Source: an uncultured Chthonomonadaceae bacterium
Lineage (GTDB): Bacteria; Armatimonadota; Chthonomonadetes; Chthonomonadales; Chthonomonadaceae
Direction of reading: 5' to 3'
NCBI GenBank assembly: GCA_963817895.1
Contig: CAWFQB010000001.1
Span: forward strand, 64,001-128,000
Length of the DNA stretch: 64,000 nt
In this document: in pieces, positions 44,334 through 53,992 of the stretch
Layout of the letters: each line of letters begins with the position of its first letter
How positions within the stretch are numbered: the first letter of the stretch is position 1
Notes under the pieces: model-generated
Database searches by the model: none
What the model saw: only the letters and a program-made list of their open reading frames with translations
What the model was told of the DNA's origin: nothing
Translations under genes and position numbers: made by a program

Positions 44334-47300
44334 ACCTCTCCGTTACGCGGGCGTGGACGGGCAGGCCGTTGCCGCGTATTTCGGGAAAGTAGACGAGGGA
44401 CGCGAGTGAGGGCAAAATGCGGTACAGGCCGGGCGTTTCCGCGTGGAGGCGATACGTCAGACGCGTTTTGCCCTTCGGCAGCGAGTCGAAGAAGAATACG
44501 ACTCGGTTGTCACGGGTTTCCTGACGCGCATAGCCGCCCCCGCCCTCCTCATAAACCAGTCCTGAAGGCCGGAACTGATCGTCGCCCGGTTCCACCTCGC
44601 AGCCTGCGGGAATGGGTTCTTCCAGCATGGCGTAGCGATAACTGGCGTCAGCCGTGATTTCTACCTGCACTTCCATCGTCTGCCCCGACGCGATTCCGTC
44701 TGCGCGTGACGGGTCTATAGCCTGAATGTGGTAATAGCGCTGCACGGCGATTCCCCGATGCAGGGGCTGCGCGGCCTCTGACGGAATGGTATAGGCCGTG
44801 TTTGTCGTAACGTACAGCCTGCCCGCGCCCTGTCGGTCAATCGTCAGGGTTTGGTGTCCGGCGCGTTGGGCGGGCGTGAGCGTGACAACAAGAGGCGCGT
44901 CGAATACCTGCGCGGGCGTGGGCGCGAACGTTTGGTATGTCTGCCCGTCCAGTTTTATAGTTGCCTGAAACGCGGGATGCAGTTCGTTGGACTGCTCCAT
45001 CCACTGCGCAAGAGCAAACACGGCTTCCGCGCTGCTGCGGGTGGAGGCCCACGCCTTGCCCACGCGATTAGCCATCAGCCAGCGGACGGCTTTGGCGATC
45101 AGCGGGCTGCGCGGGCGGGCTGTCAGCAGGGCGCGAACCACCCGCGCCGTCACCTCTACATCGTCATTGCGCCACGTATAGCCGCCCACAACTGCGGGCC
45201 AATGCGCGGTTGTCCCCTGCTCCACAACTTTGGCTTCCAATTCCTGCGCCACGCCATCGGCAATGGTTCGGAAGTTCGGCAGGACAGCGTTTGGCGGCAG
45301 TCCGGCATTATTGGGCAGGCGGGCATTGTTGAGCGTGACGCCGTTTTCCTGTGACAGAGACAGGCATAGCGACGCGAGGCTGTACGTGTCCAGTTTGTCG
45401 CGGTTGTCGTACAGGTTGGTCAGGGGAATGACTATCCGGTTTGGAGCGGCGTAGGACAGGGTGAGCAGCCAGTCGGCGCGGCGGTTCCACTCCTGTTCGC
45501 CGTTGAGCAGGCGCAGCAGGACTTCCGTGCCGCGCAAAATGCGCTGTTCGTCTACGGTGTAACCCGCGTCCCGCGCCTGCACCAGTCCCCACAGCACATA
45601 CGCGGTCATGTCGCCGTCCGTCTGGTCAAATTCCCACCAGTTCCAGCCGCCGTCCGGGTGCTGATAGCGGTACAGTTTTTGCAGTCCTAAGTTGACCCAC
45701 TGCGCCAGATTGGGATTGACCGGGCGATTGGAACCCAGCCGCTTGAACGCGCGGGCAACAATCACGTCCGGCAGAAAACTGCTCATCGTTTGTTCGGCGC
45801 AGCCATACGGGTATGTGGTCAGGTAGCCAAGCGCGTCCAGTGTGGCGGACGCGAGGGACGGGGCAAGCGCGAGGGTTAGGGTAGCGTTGGGCGGCAGGCG
45901 GGTCAGGTCCAGCGAGTACGCGCCACTGGTTTCGTCCAGCGTTTCGGCTCTCGATTCAACCTGCTTGACGCCATCCTCCTGCGCGGGCAGGGTCAACTCC
46001 ATCGCGTCCTGCGCCCCGGTTCCCCCATCCACCGTGACCAGAAACCGAACGGGCGCAGGAGCGTTATCCGGCGTTTTGCGGATATGCGCCGTCCAGTCCA
46101 GACGCTGATCGCTGTTGGGCATCAGATGCAGGTTGCGGTCGGCTGCGCCGTCCAGATCGGCTCCTGTTGTTTCGATATGCGCCCGTATGTCGCGCTCGGT
46201 TCCCGTATAATTATGAACAATGGCGGATACGGTCGCCTGATCGCCCTGCACATAAAAGCGCGGCAATGTCAGCCGGACAAGCAGGGGCATCGTAGCGGTC
46301 ACGTCCCGCGTTGTACTGCCGACAAGGGTTTGGGTGGTGATTCCCCGCGCCGTCGCCCGCCATGTCGTCAGGTTGTCGGGCATCACAAAGGAAACTTGCG
46401 CTCTCCCGCTGCCATCTGTCGTGACAAACGGATTCCAATACGCAGTATCCGCGAACTGCCTGCGGACACGGATATTCGCGCTCAACGCGGGCGGCGTTCC
46501 GGGCGCGGGTTGCGGCACGGTTTGAAACGCGCCTCCGCTGTACTGCGCGGCAAAGGAGAAATCCGTTTGTACGCGAATTTGCTGTCCCGCGTAAAAGAAG
46601 TCGCCGATGTTGGGCGCGCTATCCGGCTGAATGGCGTAAATACTCGCGTCCACAACCCCGAACCCGATCTCGGCGGCAACGGGCAGACCGGCGGAATTGC
46701 GTGTGGAAACGGTATACGTGGCGGTTTCCCCCGGCTGATAGCGCGTTTTGTCGGGCGTCACCTGCACATTCAGTTTTTGCGCGTCGCGTTGCACCGTTAG
46801 GCGCGCCTGCTGCTGATAAATCTGCTTCTCCTGCACCAGCGTCACGTTCACCTCAACCGAAGGGAAATAGCTGCCCGTCAGCGGAACCTGTATCATAGTA
46901 GAGCGGCTGGAAATCGGCACAACGCGGGCAGAATACAGCCGTTCGCCCTCGACAGTTACTAAGGCCCATGCGCGAGAGTAAGTTGGTGGTTGGTGGTTGG
47001 TGGCGGGTGATTGGTGATTGGTGTTCAGTCTCCTCTTCTCCTCTTCTCCTCTTCTCCTTGTCTCCTTTAGCGCAGGCGTGACAAGGGACGTGTTGAGCAG
47101 CAACGTAGCGGTTTCGCCGGGGCGGTAGGTAGTTCGGTCGGGTAGCAGGTTCAGCGTGGGGTAATCGTAGGTTTCTGCTTCCTCCCCCGCAACCCATACG
47201 TACAACTCGGATTGAATTTTGTTGTGGTCGGTATCGAACGCCTCGACAGACAGCAGCAGATAGCCGGGACGGGGCGGCGCAAAAGTCGCTGTACCGACGC

Positions 47301-48876
47301 CTGCCGCATCCGTGCTGATATTGCGCGTCGTGGTTTCCTTATAAGGGCGGTGGCTGCGGTCGTATTTGGTTTCAATGAGCAGGACGCGGGCGGGCGTGGC
47401 GACGGGCTTGCCGTCGTAATCTTCGGCATGAACCGTGACGGTCATGCGTTCGCCCGCCCGGTACACGCTTTTATCGGTTTCCATGCGCAGATGAAACATG
47501 CCGCCCGTAATCAGCGTGTTGCCGTCCGCCTGCTGCGAACGCCGGCTCAGGTCGGTAACGGTGGCGTGTACAAGCAGGCGGCGGTTGAGCGGCAAACGCT
47601 GCGTTCGGATTTCCAGCTTCAGTTGTCCCTGCGCGTCCGTGATTCCCTGCCCGTTGTAAGCCGGTTCAGGATTGGCGGGCGTTCCGTCACTCCTCATATT
47701 GCCGCTATATTCGGGCTGAAACTGAATGGTATACGCGACGGACGCGCCGCTTACGGGCTGGCCGAAATAGTACCGCGCGTCAATTGTAACGGGAACGGTC
47801 GCGCTTCCCAAATAGTGGGATTGGGCAAACTTCACTTCCGCGCTGAATTCCGGCTTGCGGTACGCTTCCACGCTGAACGCCCCATACGCCCGAAACGCGC
47901 CAACCGCGACGCAAATCTGCCAGTTGCCAAGCGTGGGTTCGCTTGCCAGTTGGAACGAACCGTCGAAAGAGCCGTTCGCGTTCGTGGTTACGGTTTGGCG
48001 CGACAGCAGGGCATCCGTCGCGTCCCGTATCTCCACGTTCAAAGCTCTGTTGGCGAACACGCCGTATGTAAACCCACCCGGCGCGTCGGCCTCGAACCGC
48101 TGCCGAACCGTCCCCTTGAACTGTACTTTGTGGCCGGGGCGGTAAATGGGCCTGTCCGTGACGACATACACGGCGTAGGGTTCCGGCGGTGGGGGCGTCC
48201 CCGAAATGACGAACGCGGGCGAACCACTCTTCTCGCCGTACACCCACATATTGGCCTGCTCTGACGCGCATGGCAGGCGACACGCGCCCTGATTGTCCGT
48301 AAGAGTGGCCGAGCGTTTTCCGGCTGCGTCCGTGCAGTCCAGTTTTAGATTGAGAATCGGCTGGCCGGAATGGGCATTGGTGGCATACAGTAGGAGTTCC
48401 TGCCGCGAGCGTTTGGCAAGCAGGGTGATGTTGGTCACGGCAAACCACGTCCGTTTTTCCACACTCCCCGCCCGCGCCCGTACCAGATAGGTTCCCGGCG
48501 GCAGGGAGGGAATCGAAACCTGCCGTTCCGTCCACTGGTCCGGGTAGATTTTGCCCATGCCGAACGTCCACGACTTGACGGCAGGCCGTTTCCCCACATT
48601 TACCGCCTTAATTTGTTCGCCAAACTTTTCCAGCGCTTTGCTTGTCGGAACCAGAGTGGGCAGGGCAAGCCGATGAATGCTGAACGCAATTGTTTTCTCA
48701 TTGAACGCGCTCAAATTCAGCATGATTTTTTCGTCCGGCGTACTGGCGCGGCGATACAGATGAATGTCGAAATTCGGCTTCTTGACCTGTTGAACCGGCG
48801 TTTGCGCCCCAACCGGTAAAACGCCGACAAATACCGCCGCCAATAGAAACAGGCACACGACAAAACGAAATCTCAT
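44332..48876 (-). CDS. Bacterial alpha-2-macroglobulin with intact thioester motif
   Basis: Signal peptide; TDRPIYRPG, EAYRKPEF, RRQFADTAYW, PDNLTTWRATA, YPYGCAEQ, QHPDGGWNWW, EEPIPAG. Confidence 0.95.
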   Translation of the reverse strand: MRFRFVVCLFLLAAVFVGVLPVGAQTPVQQVKKPNFDIHLYRRASTPDEKIMLNLSAFNEKTIAFSIHRLALPTLVPTSKALEKFGEQIKAVNVGKRPAVKSWTFGMGKIYPDQWTERQVSIPSLPPGTYLVRARAGSVEKRTWFAVTNITLLAKRSRQELLLYATNAHSGQPILNLKLDCTDAAGKRSATLTDNQGACRLPCASEQANMWVYGEKSGSPAFVISGTPPPPEPYAVYVVTDRPIYRPGHKVQFKGTVRQRFEADAPGGFTYGVFANRALNVEIRDATDALLSRQTVTTNANGSFDGSFQLASEPTLGNWQICVAVGAFRAYGAFSVEAYRKPEFSAEVKFAQSHYLGSATVPVTIDARYYFGQPVSGASVAYTIQFQPEYSGNMRSDGTPANPEPAYNGQGITDAQGQLKLEIRTQRLPLNRRLLVHATVTDLSRRSQQADGNTLITGGMFHLRMETDKSVYRAGERMTVTVHAEDYDGKPVATPARVLLIETKYDRSHRPYKETTTRNISTDAAGVGTATFAPPRPGYLLLSVEAFDTDHNKIQSELYVWVAGEEAETYDYPTLNLLPDRTTYRPGETATLLLNTSLVTPALKETRRRGEEEKRRLNTNHQSPATNHQPPTYSRAWALVTVEGERLYSARVVPISSRSTMIQVPLTGSYFPSVEVNVTLVQEKQIYQQQARLTVQRDAQKLNVQVTPDKTRYQPGETATYTVSTRNSAGLPVAAEIGFGVVDASIYAIQPDSAPNIGDFFYAGQQIRVQTDFSFAAQYSGGAFQTVPQPAPGTPPALSANIRVRRQFADTAYWNPFVTTDGSGRAQVSFVMPDNLTTWRATARGITTQTLVGSTTRDVTATMPLLVRLTLPRFYVQGDQATVSAIVHNYTGTERDIRAHIETTGADLDGAADRNLHLMPNSDQRLDWTAHIRKTPDNAPAPVRFLVTVDGGTGAQDAMELTLPAQEDGVKQVESRAETLDETSGAYSLDLTRLPPNATLTLALAPSLASATLDALGYLTTYPYGCAEQTMSSFLPDVIVARAFKRLGSNRPVNPNLAQWVNLGLQKLYRYQHPDGGWNWWEFDQTDGDMTAYVLWGLVQARDAGYTVDEQRILRGTEVLLRLLNGEQEWNRRADWLLTLSYAAPNRIVIPLTNLYDNRDKLDTYSLASLCLSLSQENGVTLNNARLPNNAGLPPNAVLPNFRTIADGVAQELEAKVVEQGTTAHWPAVVGGYTWRNDDVEVTARVVRALLTARPRSPLIAKAVRWLMANRVGKAWASTRSSAEAVFALAQWMEQSNELHPAFQATIKLDGQTYQTFAPTPAQVFDAPLVVTLTPAQRAGHQTLTIDRQGAGRLYVTTNTAYTIPSEAAQPLHRGIAVQRYYHIQAIDPSRADGIASGQTMEVQVEITADASYRYAMLEEPIPAGCEVEPGDDQFRPSGLVYEEGGGGYARQETRDNRVVFFFDSLPKGKTRLTYRLHAETPGLYRILPSLASLVYFPEIRGNGLPVHARVTER

Positions 48877-48979
48877 AACAAACTCCTTGCCGCTGAAGGA
48901 AATAGAGGAATTTAGCCGCGAATGAACGCGAATACACGCGAATGGGATAATCCACTTCGCGCCAACCACCAATCACCAA

Positions 48980-49630
48980 TCACCTTGTTTCGGATGGCTC
49001 GACAAAACGGACATCCTGAATTCGGAACAACTCGACGGGCGTATTGGCGCGGCAGCCAGCGCGGATGCGGCCCCATTGCAGCATCCGCGCCGTTATACTG
49101 GTTTCGCCGGAAAGCGTCACGCCGTAGCGGTCGCCGGATTTCACGACAAGGCCGTCGCGGGTCGGGTCTAAATTGGCCGCTTCGCTTTCTGAAATAGGAA
49201 CAGGCTTGTCCACGATGCTGACAATTAAGGTCAGGGTTTTGGCCTCACGCGCCGTAATGGGCGCAAAGCGGCGGTCGCGCCCCGCTGCGGCAACGGCGTT
49301 TTCGATGATTTCCAGAGCGGCGTTGGGTTGCGTGGGGTACAGGGTTCCCATGCAGCACCGGGGCGCGCCGTTTCGCATCGCGCTGACGAAAACACCCGTT
49401 CTCTGCTGTAGTAAATCGGGCAGTTTGTTCGGGGGCGTAATAGTGTTGCGCCGCGCAATGTAGGCGTCGAACGCCTGCCGCGCCAGATGCAGAATGTTGC
49501 CCTGCGTTTGCGCGTCCAGATGTTTCCAGCGTTCAAATCCCGCTTCTTCACGCGCTCCAATCGGCGTACACGTCCGCGCAGAAAGCAAAAACAGGCCGAT
49601 AATTACCCAACACGCCTTTCGGAATCGCAT
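48980..49630 (-). CDS. AMMECR1/AmmeMemoRadiSam-A-like domain protein with N-terminal signal peptide
   Basis: GVFVS, RCCMGTLYP, IIENAVAAAGRDRRFAPI, DGLVV..G.RYGVTL. Confidence 0.82.
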   Translation of the reverse strand: MRFRKACWVIIGLFLLSARTCTPIGAREEAGFERWKHLDAQTQGNILHLARQAFDAYIARRNTITPPNKLPDLLQQRTGVFVSAMRNGAPRCCMGTLYPTQPNAALEIIENAVAAAGRDRRFAPITAREAKTLTLIVSIVDKPVPISESEAANLDPTRDGLVVKSGDRYGVTLSGETSITARMLQWGRIRAGCRANTPVELFRIQDVRFVEPSETR

Positions 49631-49915
49631 TCATTTTCTCCATGTCAGCAAAAGACAGTACAAGGATAACCTGTTGGCTATGTCCGAAATCGTGTCCCAT
49701 TTGCGGAAACATCGTGTCCGAAGCGCATTTGGGATTGGAAGCGTTACCATTCGGAGAAACGGGGTTGATTCCGGTACAATATTGGGTATTGAAGACAGTC
49801 GTAGAGGGCGCAACGAAATGAATTTCTTTGCTATGGGGCGTTCCGCCCAACGTCCGCCTGCGCGGACACGAACGGTTTGCGCAACATGTTGCTACCGGGA
49901 CATGAAGGAACATCT

Positions 49916-50686
49916 ATGCCACCTTATATTCGTATGCTGATTTGTCTGTCGCTGATGGGAATACTTGTCGCGGCCCCTGCGTCACGTTCTTTTGGTAAGT
50001 CGTTCGGGTACAGGGCAGAATTTAGAGGTTCACGCCGTCCAAAGCAGGGCAGCGAGAAGTTTACGGTTTGTATTGATCCGGGACACTCGAAGAAAACGGT
50101 CGGGGCGCAGGGCAGAAGTTTGCATTTGCGGGAATATCAGGTGTGCTGGCAGATGGCACAAAAGTTACAGGCCGCGCTGAGGGCAAAAGGCGTCAATGTT
50201 GTTCTTACCAAAGACGACGAGGACGCGAATGTCGGCAACGACGAACGCGCCCGGATTGCCAGCCGCGCTCATGCCGACCTGTTCATTCGCCTACACTGCG
50301 ATTCGGGTTCCGATAGCGGCATTGCCACCTTTTATCCGGCCAATCAAGGCACGATACGCGGCAAAACCGGGCCAAGCGAGGACATAATTGCGCAAAGCCG
50401 ATCCTGCGCCCGCGCTTTTCATCCGGCCCTGCTCAAAGCCCTGCATGGCGTCCTGCACAATCGCGGGATACGCACAGACGCGCAAACCGCTGTCGGGAGT
50501 AAGTTGGGCGGGGCGTTGGAAGGCTCTATCTATTCGGAAGTGCCGGTAATTCTCGTGGAGATGTGCGTACTGGACAACCGGAAGGATGAAGAATTTATCG
50601 GTTCGGAAGAGGGACAAAACCGTTTGGCGCAGGCAATGGCGGCAGGCGCACAGGCGGCGGTAAAAGCGAACCACGTTCATAAGTAG
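49916..50686 (+). CDS. N-acetylmuramoyl-L-alanine amidase (Amidase_3), exported
   Basis: VCIDPGH, E, RA..A, IRLHCD, PVILVEM. Confidence 0.92.
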   Translation: MPPYIRMLICLSLMGILVAAPASRSFGKSFGYRAEFRGSRRPKQGSEKFTVCIDPGHSKKTVGAQGRSLHLREYQVCWQMAQKLQAALRAKGVNVVLTKDDEDANVGNDERARIASRAHADLFIRLHCDSGSDSGIATFYPANQGTIRGKTGPSEDIIAQSRSCARAFHPALLKALHGVLHNRGIRTDAQTAVGSKLGGALEGSIYSEVPVILVEMCVLDNRKDEEFIGSEEGQNRLAQAMAAGAQAAVKANHVHK

Positions 50687-50707
50687 ACAATGCTTAAAAT
50701 GTCCCTC

Positions 50708-50762
50708 TTGACATATACAACAGATTTGTTGTACAACAAATCTGTTGTATATCATTTGGAGG
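50708..50762 (+). promoter_or_regulatory. Promoter (TTGACA) overlapped by a perfect 40-bp palindrome (double operator), then SD
   Basis: TTGACA 50708-13; ATATACAACAGATTTGTTGT|ACAACAAATCTGTTGTATAT 50713-52; GGAGG 50758-62. Confidence 0.8.
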
Positions 50763-50769
50763 CACAATC

Positions 50770-51980
50770 ATGGTTGAAAATCGTGTGGGGACGCCGGTAC
50801 GGGGAGAAGATTGCTTCGGGCGTGACAGGTTTGTGGAATTGACATGGCAAAAGATTGGGGCAGGGCATGTGCTGCTTGCCGCGCCCCGTCGGTTTGGCAA
50901 AACAAGCGTGATGTACCGCCTGATGGATGCGCCACGCGACAATTACAAGATCGTTCACGCGGATTTGGAAGCGCATACGGATGCCGCCACCTTTCTGACG
51001 GAACTGGTTGTGCAGTTGGCGAATGACAGCCGCTTTACGCAGATGGTACACGGTTTGAGCGGACTGCGCAAAAACTTCTGGTCTGCTTTTCGAACAAACT
51101 TCTCCGAGTTGGAAGCGTTCAAGTTCAAAATCAAACTACGGGACGAACTGAAACAGGATTGGCAAAACGCGGGCGAAGAGTTGTTCAAGAAACTCAGCGC
51201 GCAGCCGCATCCGGTTTTGTTTATACTGGATGAGTTCCCGATGATGATTGATCGTATGGCGCGGTCGGAAGCGCACCGCGAAGAGGCGAAAACGCTGCTG
51301 CGCTGGCTGCGGAAACTGCGCCTGTCGCCGGACATCAAAAACGTTCACTTTCTGATTGCGGGTTCCATCGGCATCGGACAGGTGCTGAACGATCTGGGCG
51401 AAATTGCCTCTATCAACGATTTTGAGCAACTGCGATTGGAACCGTTCACGCCGAAGGTAGCCACACAGTTCCTTGCCGCGCTTTCAGAACGCCATAAGAT
51501 GGCACTCTCCGCAGAGTGTCAGGAGAAGATTCTAAAACTGTTGGGAACGCTCGTACCCTACTTCATTCAAATTCTGTTTCAGAAATTTACAAGACGTTTG
51601 TACAGGATGAGGAACCCGTTACGCCGGAACGGATCGAGCGCATTTATCGCGACAAGGTGCTTGGCGTGGACTGTAAAACGTATTTCGATCACTATTATGG
51701 CCGCCTGCGCGACTACTACCGCCCGCATGAGGAGAAGGCCATCAAGCGGCTGTTGCGCGAATTGGCGGTGACGAATACGCTCAAACGCGACGCCGTATAC
51801 CTTATCTATCGGGCGGAACGCGGCGAACAGGCCGACATTGAAGAGTTCAATACCCTGATGACGAACCTTGAAAACGACTTTTATATCGCCTTCAAGGATG
51901 AGACACAGCAGTATGAGTTTGCCTGCAAATTATTGCGCGACTGGTGGCTGCGGCATTACGCGCTGGAAATCGGCAACTGA
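50770..51980 (+). CDS. STAND/archaeal-ATPase-like P-loop NTPase with probable C-terminal winged helix (frameshift near 51578)
   Basis: CFGRDR, APRRFGKTS (Walker A), FILDEFP (Walker B), IAGSIG, PYFIQ, LLRDWW. Confidence 0.88.
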
Positions 51981-51991
51981 GGCAAAACACG

Positions 51992-53947
51992 ATGGAACAC
52001 CTGTACAATCCCGACCGCATGACGGAAGAAGAGATCAAGCGTACCTTTGTCGCTCGCCAAAAGGTGATTGACGAACTGGTGTCGCTTGTCGAGCGTCAGC
52101 CGCAGGGCGCAGGTGTTCAGCATGTCGTGGTTGTCGCGCCGCGCGGCATGGGCAAAACAACCATGCTGCTGATGACGCAGTTTGCCATTCGGGATCGCGG
52201 TTTGTCTTCCCAATGGCAGACGGTACGGTTTGCCGAAGAATCGTATGGCGTCACATCGCTTGCCGATTTCTGGTTGCAAGCCATCCGCCTGCTGTCCGAG
52301 GAGGCAGGGGAACCGGAACTACAGGCAGAGGCCGAAGAACTGGCGCGGGAGTTCCGCAAGGACGACGAACTTCAAGAAGCGGCTTTTGCCCTGCTCAAAG
52401 ATTGGAGTCGGCAGCGCGGCAAGCGTCTCGCGCTGCTGGTAGACAACTTCGACATGATTCTTTCCCAAATCAACGATGAGCAGGAAAACGCGCGACTGCG
52501 CAACATCCTGATGAACGACGGCACGATCATGCTTATCGGCGGCGCGACAACGTTCTTCCGCGAAGCCCGCGCCTACGACCAACCGCTCTACAATTTTTTC
52601 AAAATCATTCATTTAGATAATTTGGACTTCGAGGAAATGCAAGACCTATTGCGTCACCATGCTCAATGGAACGCAGATACAAACATTGAGGAAGTTATAC
52701 GCGCAAATCCCACACGGTTAAAAGTATTGGAATACTTTACGGGCGGCAATCCGCGCCTTGTTTTAATGCTGTACCGCATCATCAGCAGTTCCGAAGTGGT
52801 AGACGTGAAACGTGGGCTGGAACAATTGCTGGATCAGGTCACGCCCTACTATAAAGCGAAGTTGGAAAGCCTGCCCCCACAACAGCGCAAAATCCTCGAT
52901 CATGTTGCCAAAATCAGCGCAGAAACAGATAAAGGGCTGATGCCTATGGAGATTGCGGATGCCACTCGTCTTGCTCCCAACGTGGTGAGTGTGCAACTTA
53001 AACGCTTGTCTGAACAGGGTTATGTGCGTAGCGCAAATCTACGAGGACGCAATTCCTTCTATACCCTTTCCGAGCCGCTGTATGCTATCTGGCACCAGAT
53101 GCGCTTTGGCCGCAACATTCGCCAAAAAATGCAGTGGCTTGTCAGTTTCCTCAAAGGCTGGTACGATGCAACGGAACTCAGTACAGAAAGCAAACTGTTA
53201 GGAAAGCGGTTTCACGCCTGCTTGAAGTCGGGGCAAGTACGCGAAGCGCGTCAACTTATCGAGCAGAACTTCTATGTTGCAGAAGCAATGAGTGAACCTG
53301 CGCGTACACAAGAAATCAACAGTATTCTTGCCAACTTTCTAGCGCTTAACGAACTGGAAGTAACAAGGTTGGACGTTGTTTCGGAACAGCCGCTTAACCC
53401 TGCGTATGAGCACTCACTGGAACAACATATTCATGGTTTGCCGATTTCTCTTGAGCAAGAAGATATACCTATCGCGCTGGCTTCACATGTCAGGCTTCAA
53501 CGGGCATTCGCGCTAATCGGAGATGAGCAGTATCAACAAGCAAGGGAAGAACTTGACTGCGCCATTGCGCTTGTGGATAAACAAGGTGATTCCCCCTCGC
53601 ATCTCAAATTGATGTACCTTTGCAGGCTGCACACAAACCTGGCTCTGAACGACATACAACAATTGAAACGCGATTGGCGACATTTTTTAATCATTGATAG
53701 TGAAGGTGATGAGTGGCATCCTACGGCGACACAGGCGCTAGTTCAAATTGCGCTCCACGGAGATATTCAGTTGACGCAAGAATTAATTGCAATTTCAGGC
53801 AAGAAACATGCGTTCCTGCCACTTACCTACGCTCTGGATACTATAGTGACAGGCAGTAGAACAGAACTTGAGAAACTGTCACCCGAATTGCGCATTATAG
53901 CGGCAGAATTAGTTGAGCGGCTGGGTTTTGCGCAGGTAGCAGCGTAG
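51992..53947 (+). CDS. STAND-like ATPase + winged HTH + helical/TPR-like C-terminus
   Basis: YNP...FVAR, APRGMGKTT, LLVDNFD, TGGNPR, EIADATRLAPNVVSVQLKRLSEQGYV. Confidence 0.88.
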   Translation: MEHLYNPDRMTEEEIKRTFVARQKVIDELVSLVERQPQGAGVQHVVVVAPRGMGKTTMLLMTQFAIRDRGLSSQWQTVRFAEESYGVTSLADFWLQAIRLLSEEAGEPELQAEAEELAREFRKDDELQEAAFALLKDWSRQRGKRLALLVDNFDMILSQINDEQENARLRNILMNDGTIMLIGGATTFFREARAYDQPLYNFFKIIHLDNLDFEEMQDLLRHHAQWNADTNIEEVIRANPTRLKVLEYFTGGNPRLVLMLYRIISSSEVVDVKRGLEQLLDQVTPYYKAKLESLPPQQRKILDHVAKISAETDKGLMPMEIADATRLAPNVVSVQLKRLSEQGYVRSANLRGRNSFYTLSEPLYAIWHQMRFGRNIRQKMQWLVSFLKGWYDATELSTESKLLGKRFHACLKSGQVREARQLIEQNFYVAEAMSEPARTQEINSILANFLALNELEVTRLDVVSEQPLNPAYEHSLEQHIHGLPISLEQEDIPIALASHVRLQRAFALIGDEQYQQAREELDCAIALVDKQGDSPSHLKLMYLCRLHTNLALNDIQQLKRDWRHFLIIDSEGDEWHPTATQALVQIALHGDIQLTQELIAISGKKHAFLPLTYALDTIVTGSRTELEKLSPELRIIAAELVERLGFAQVAA

Positions 53948-53992
53948 CCAATCAGAATTTCGAATCTCTTTTCACGTCTGGTACAATAAACT

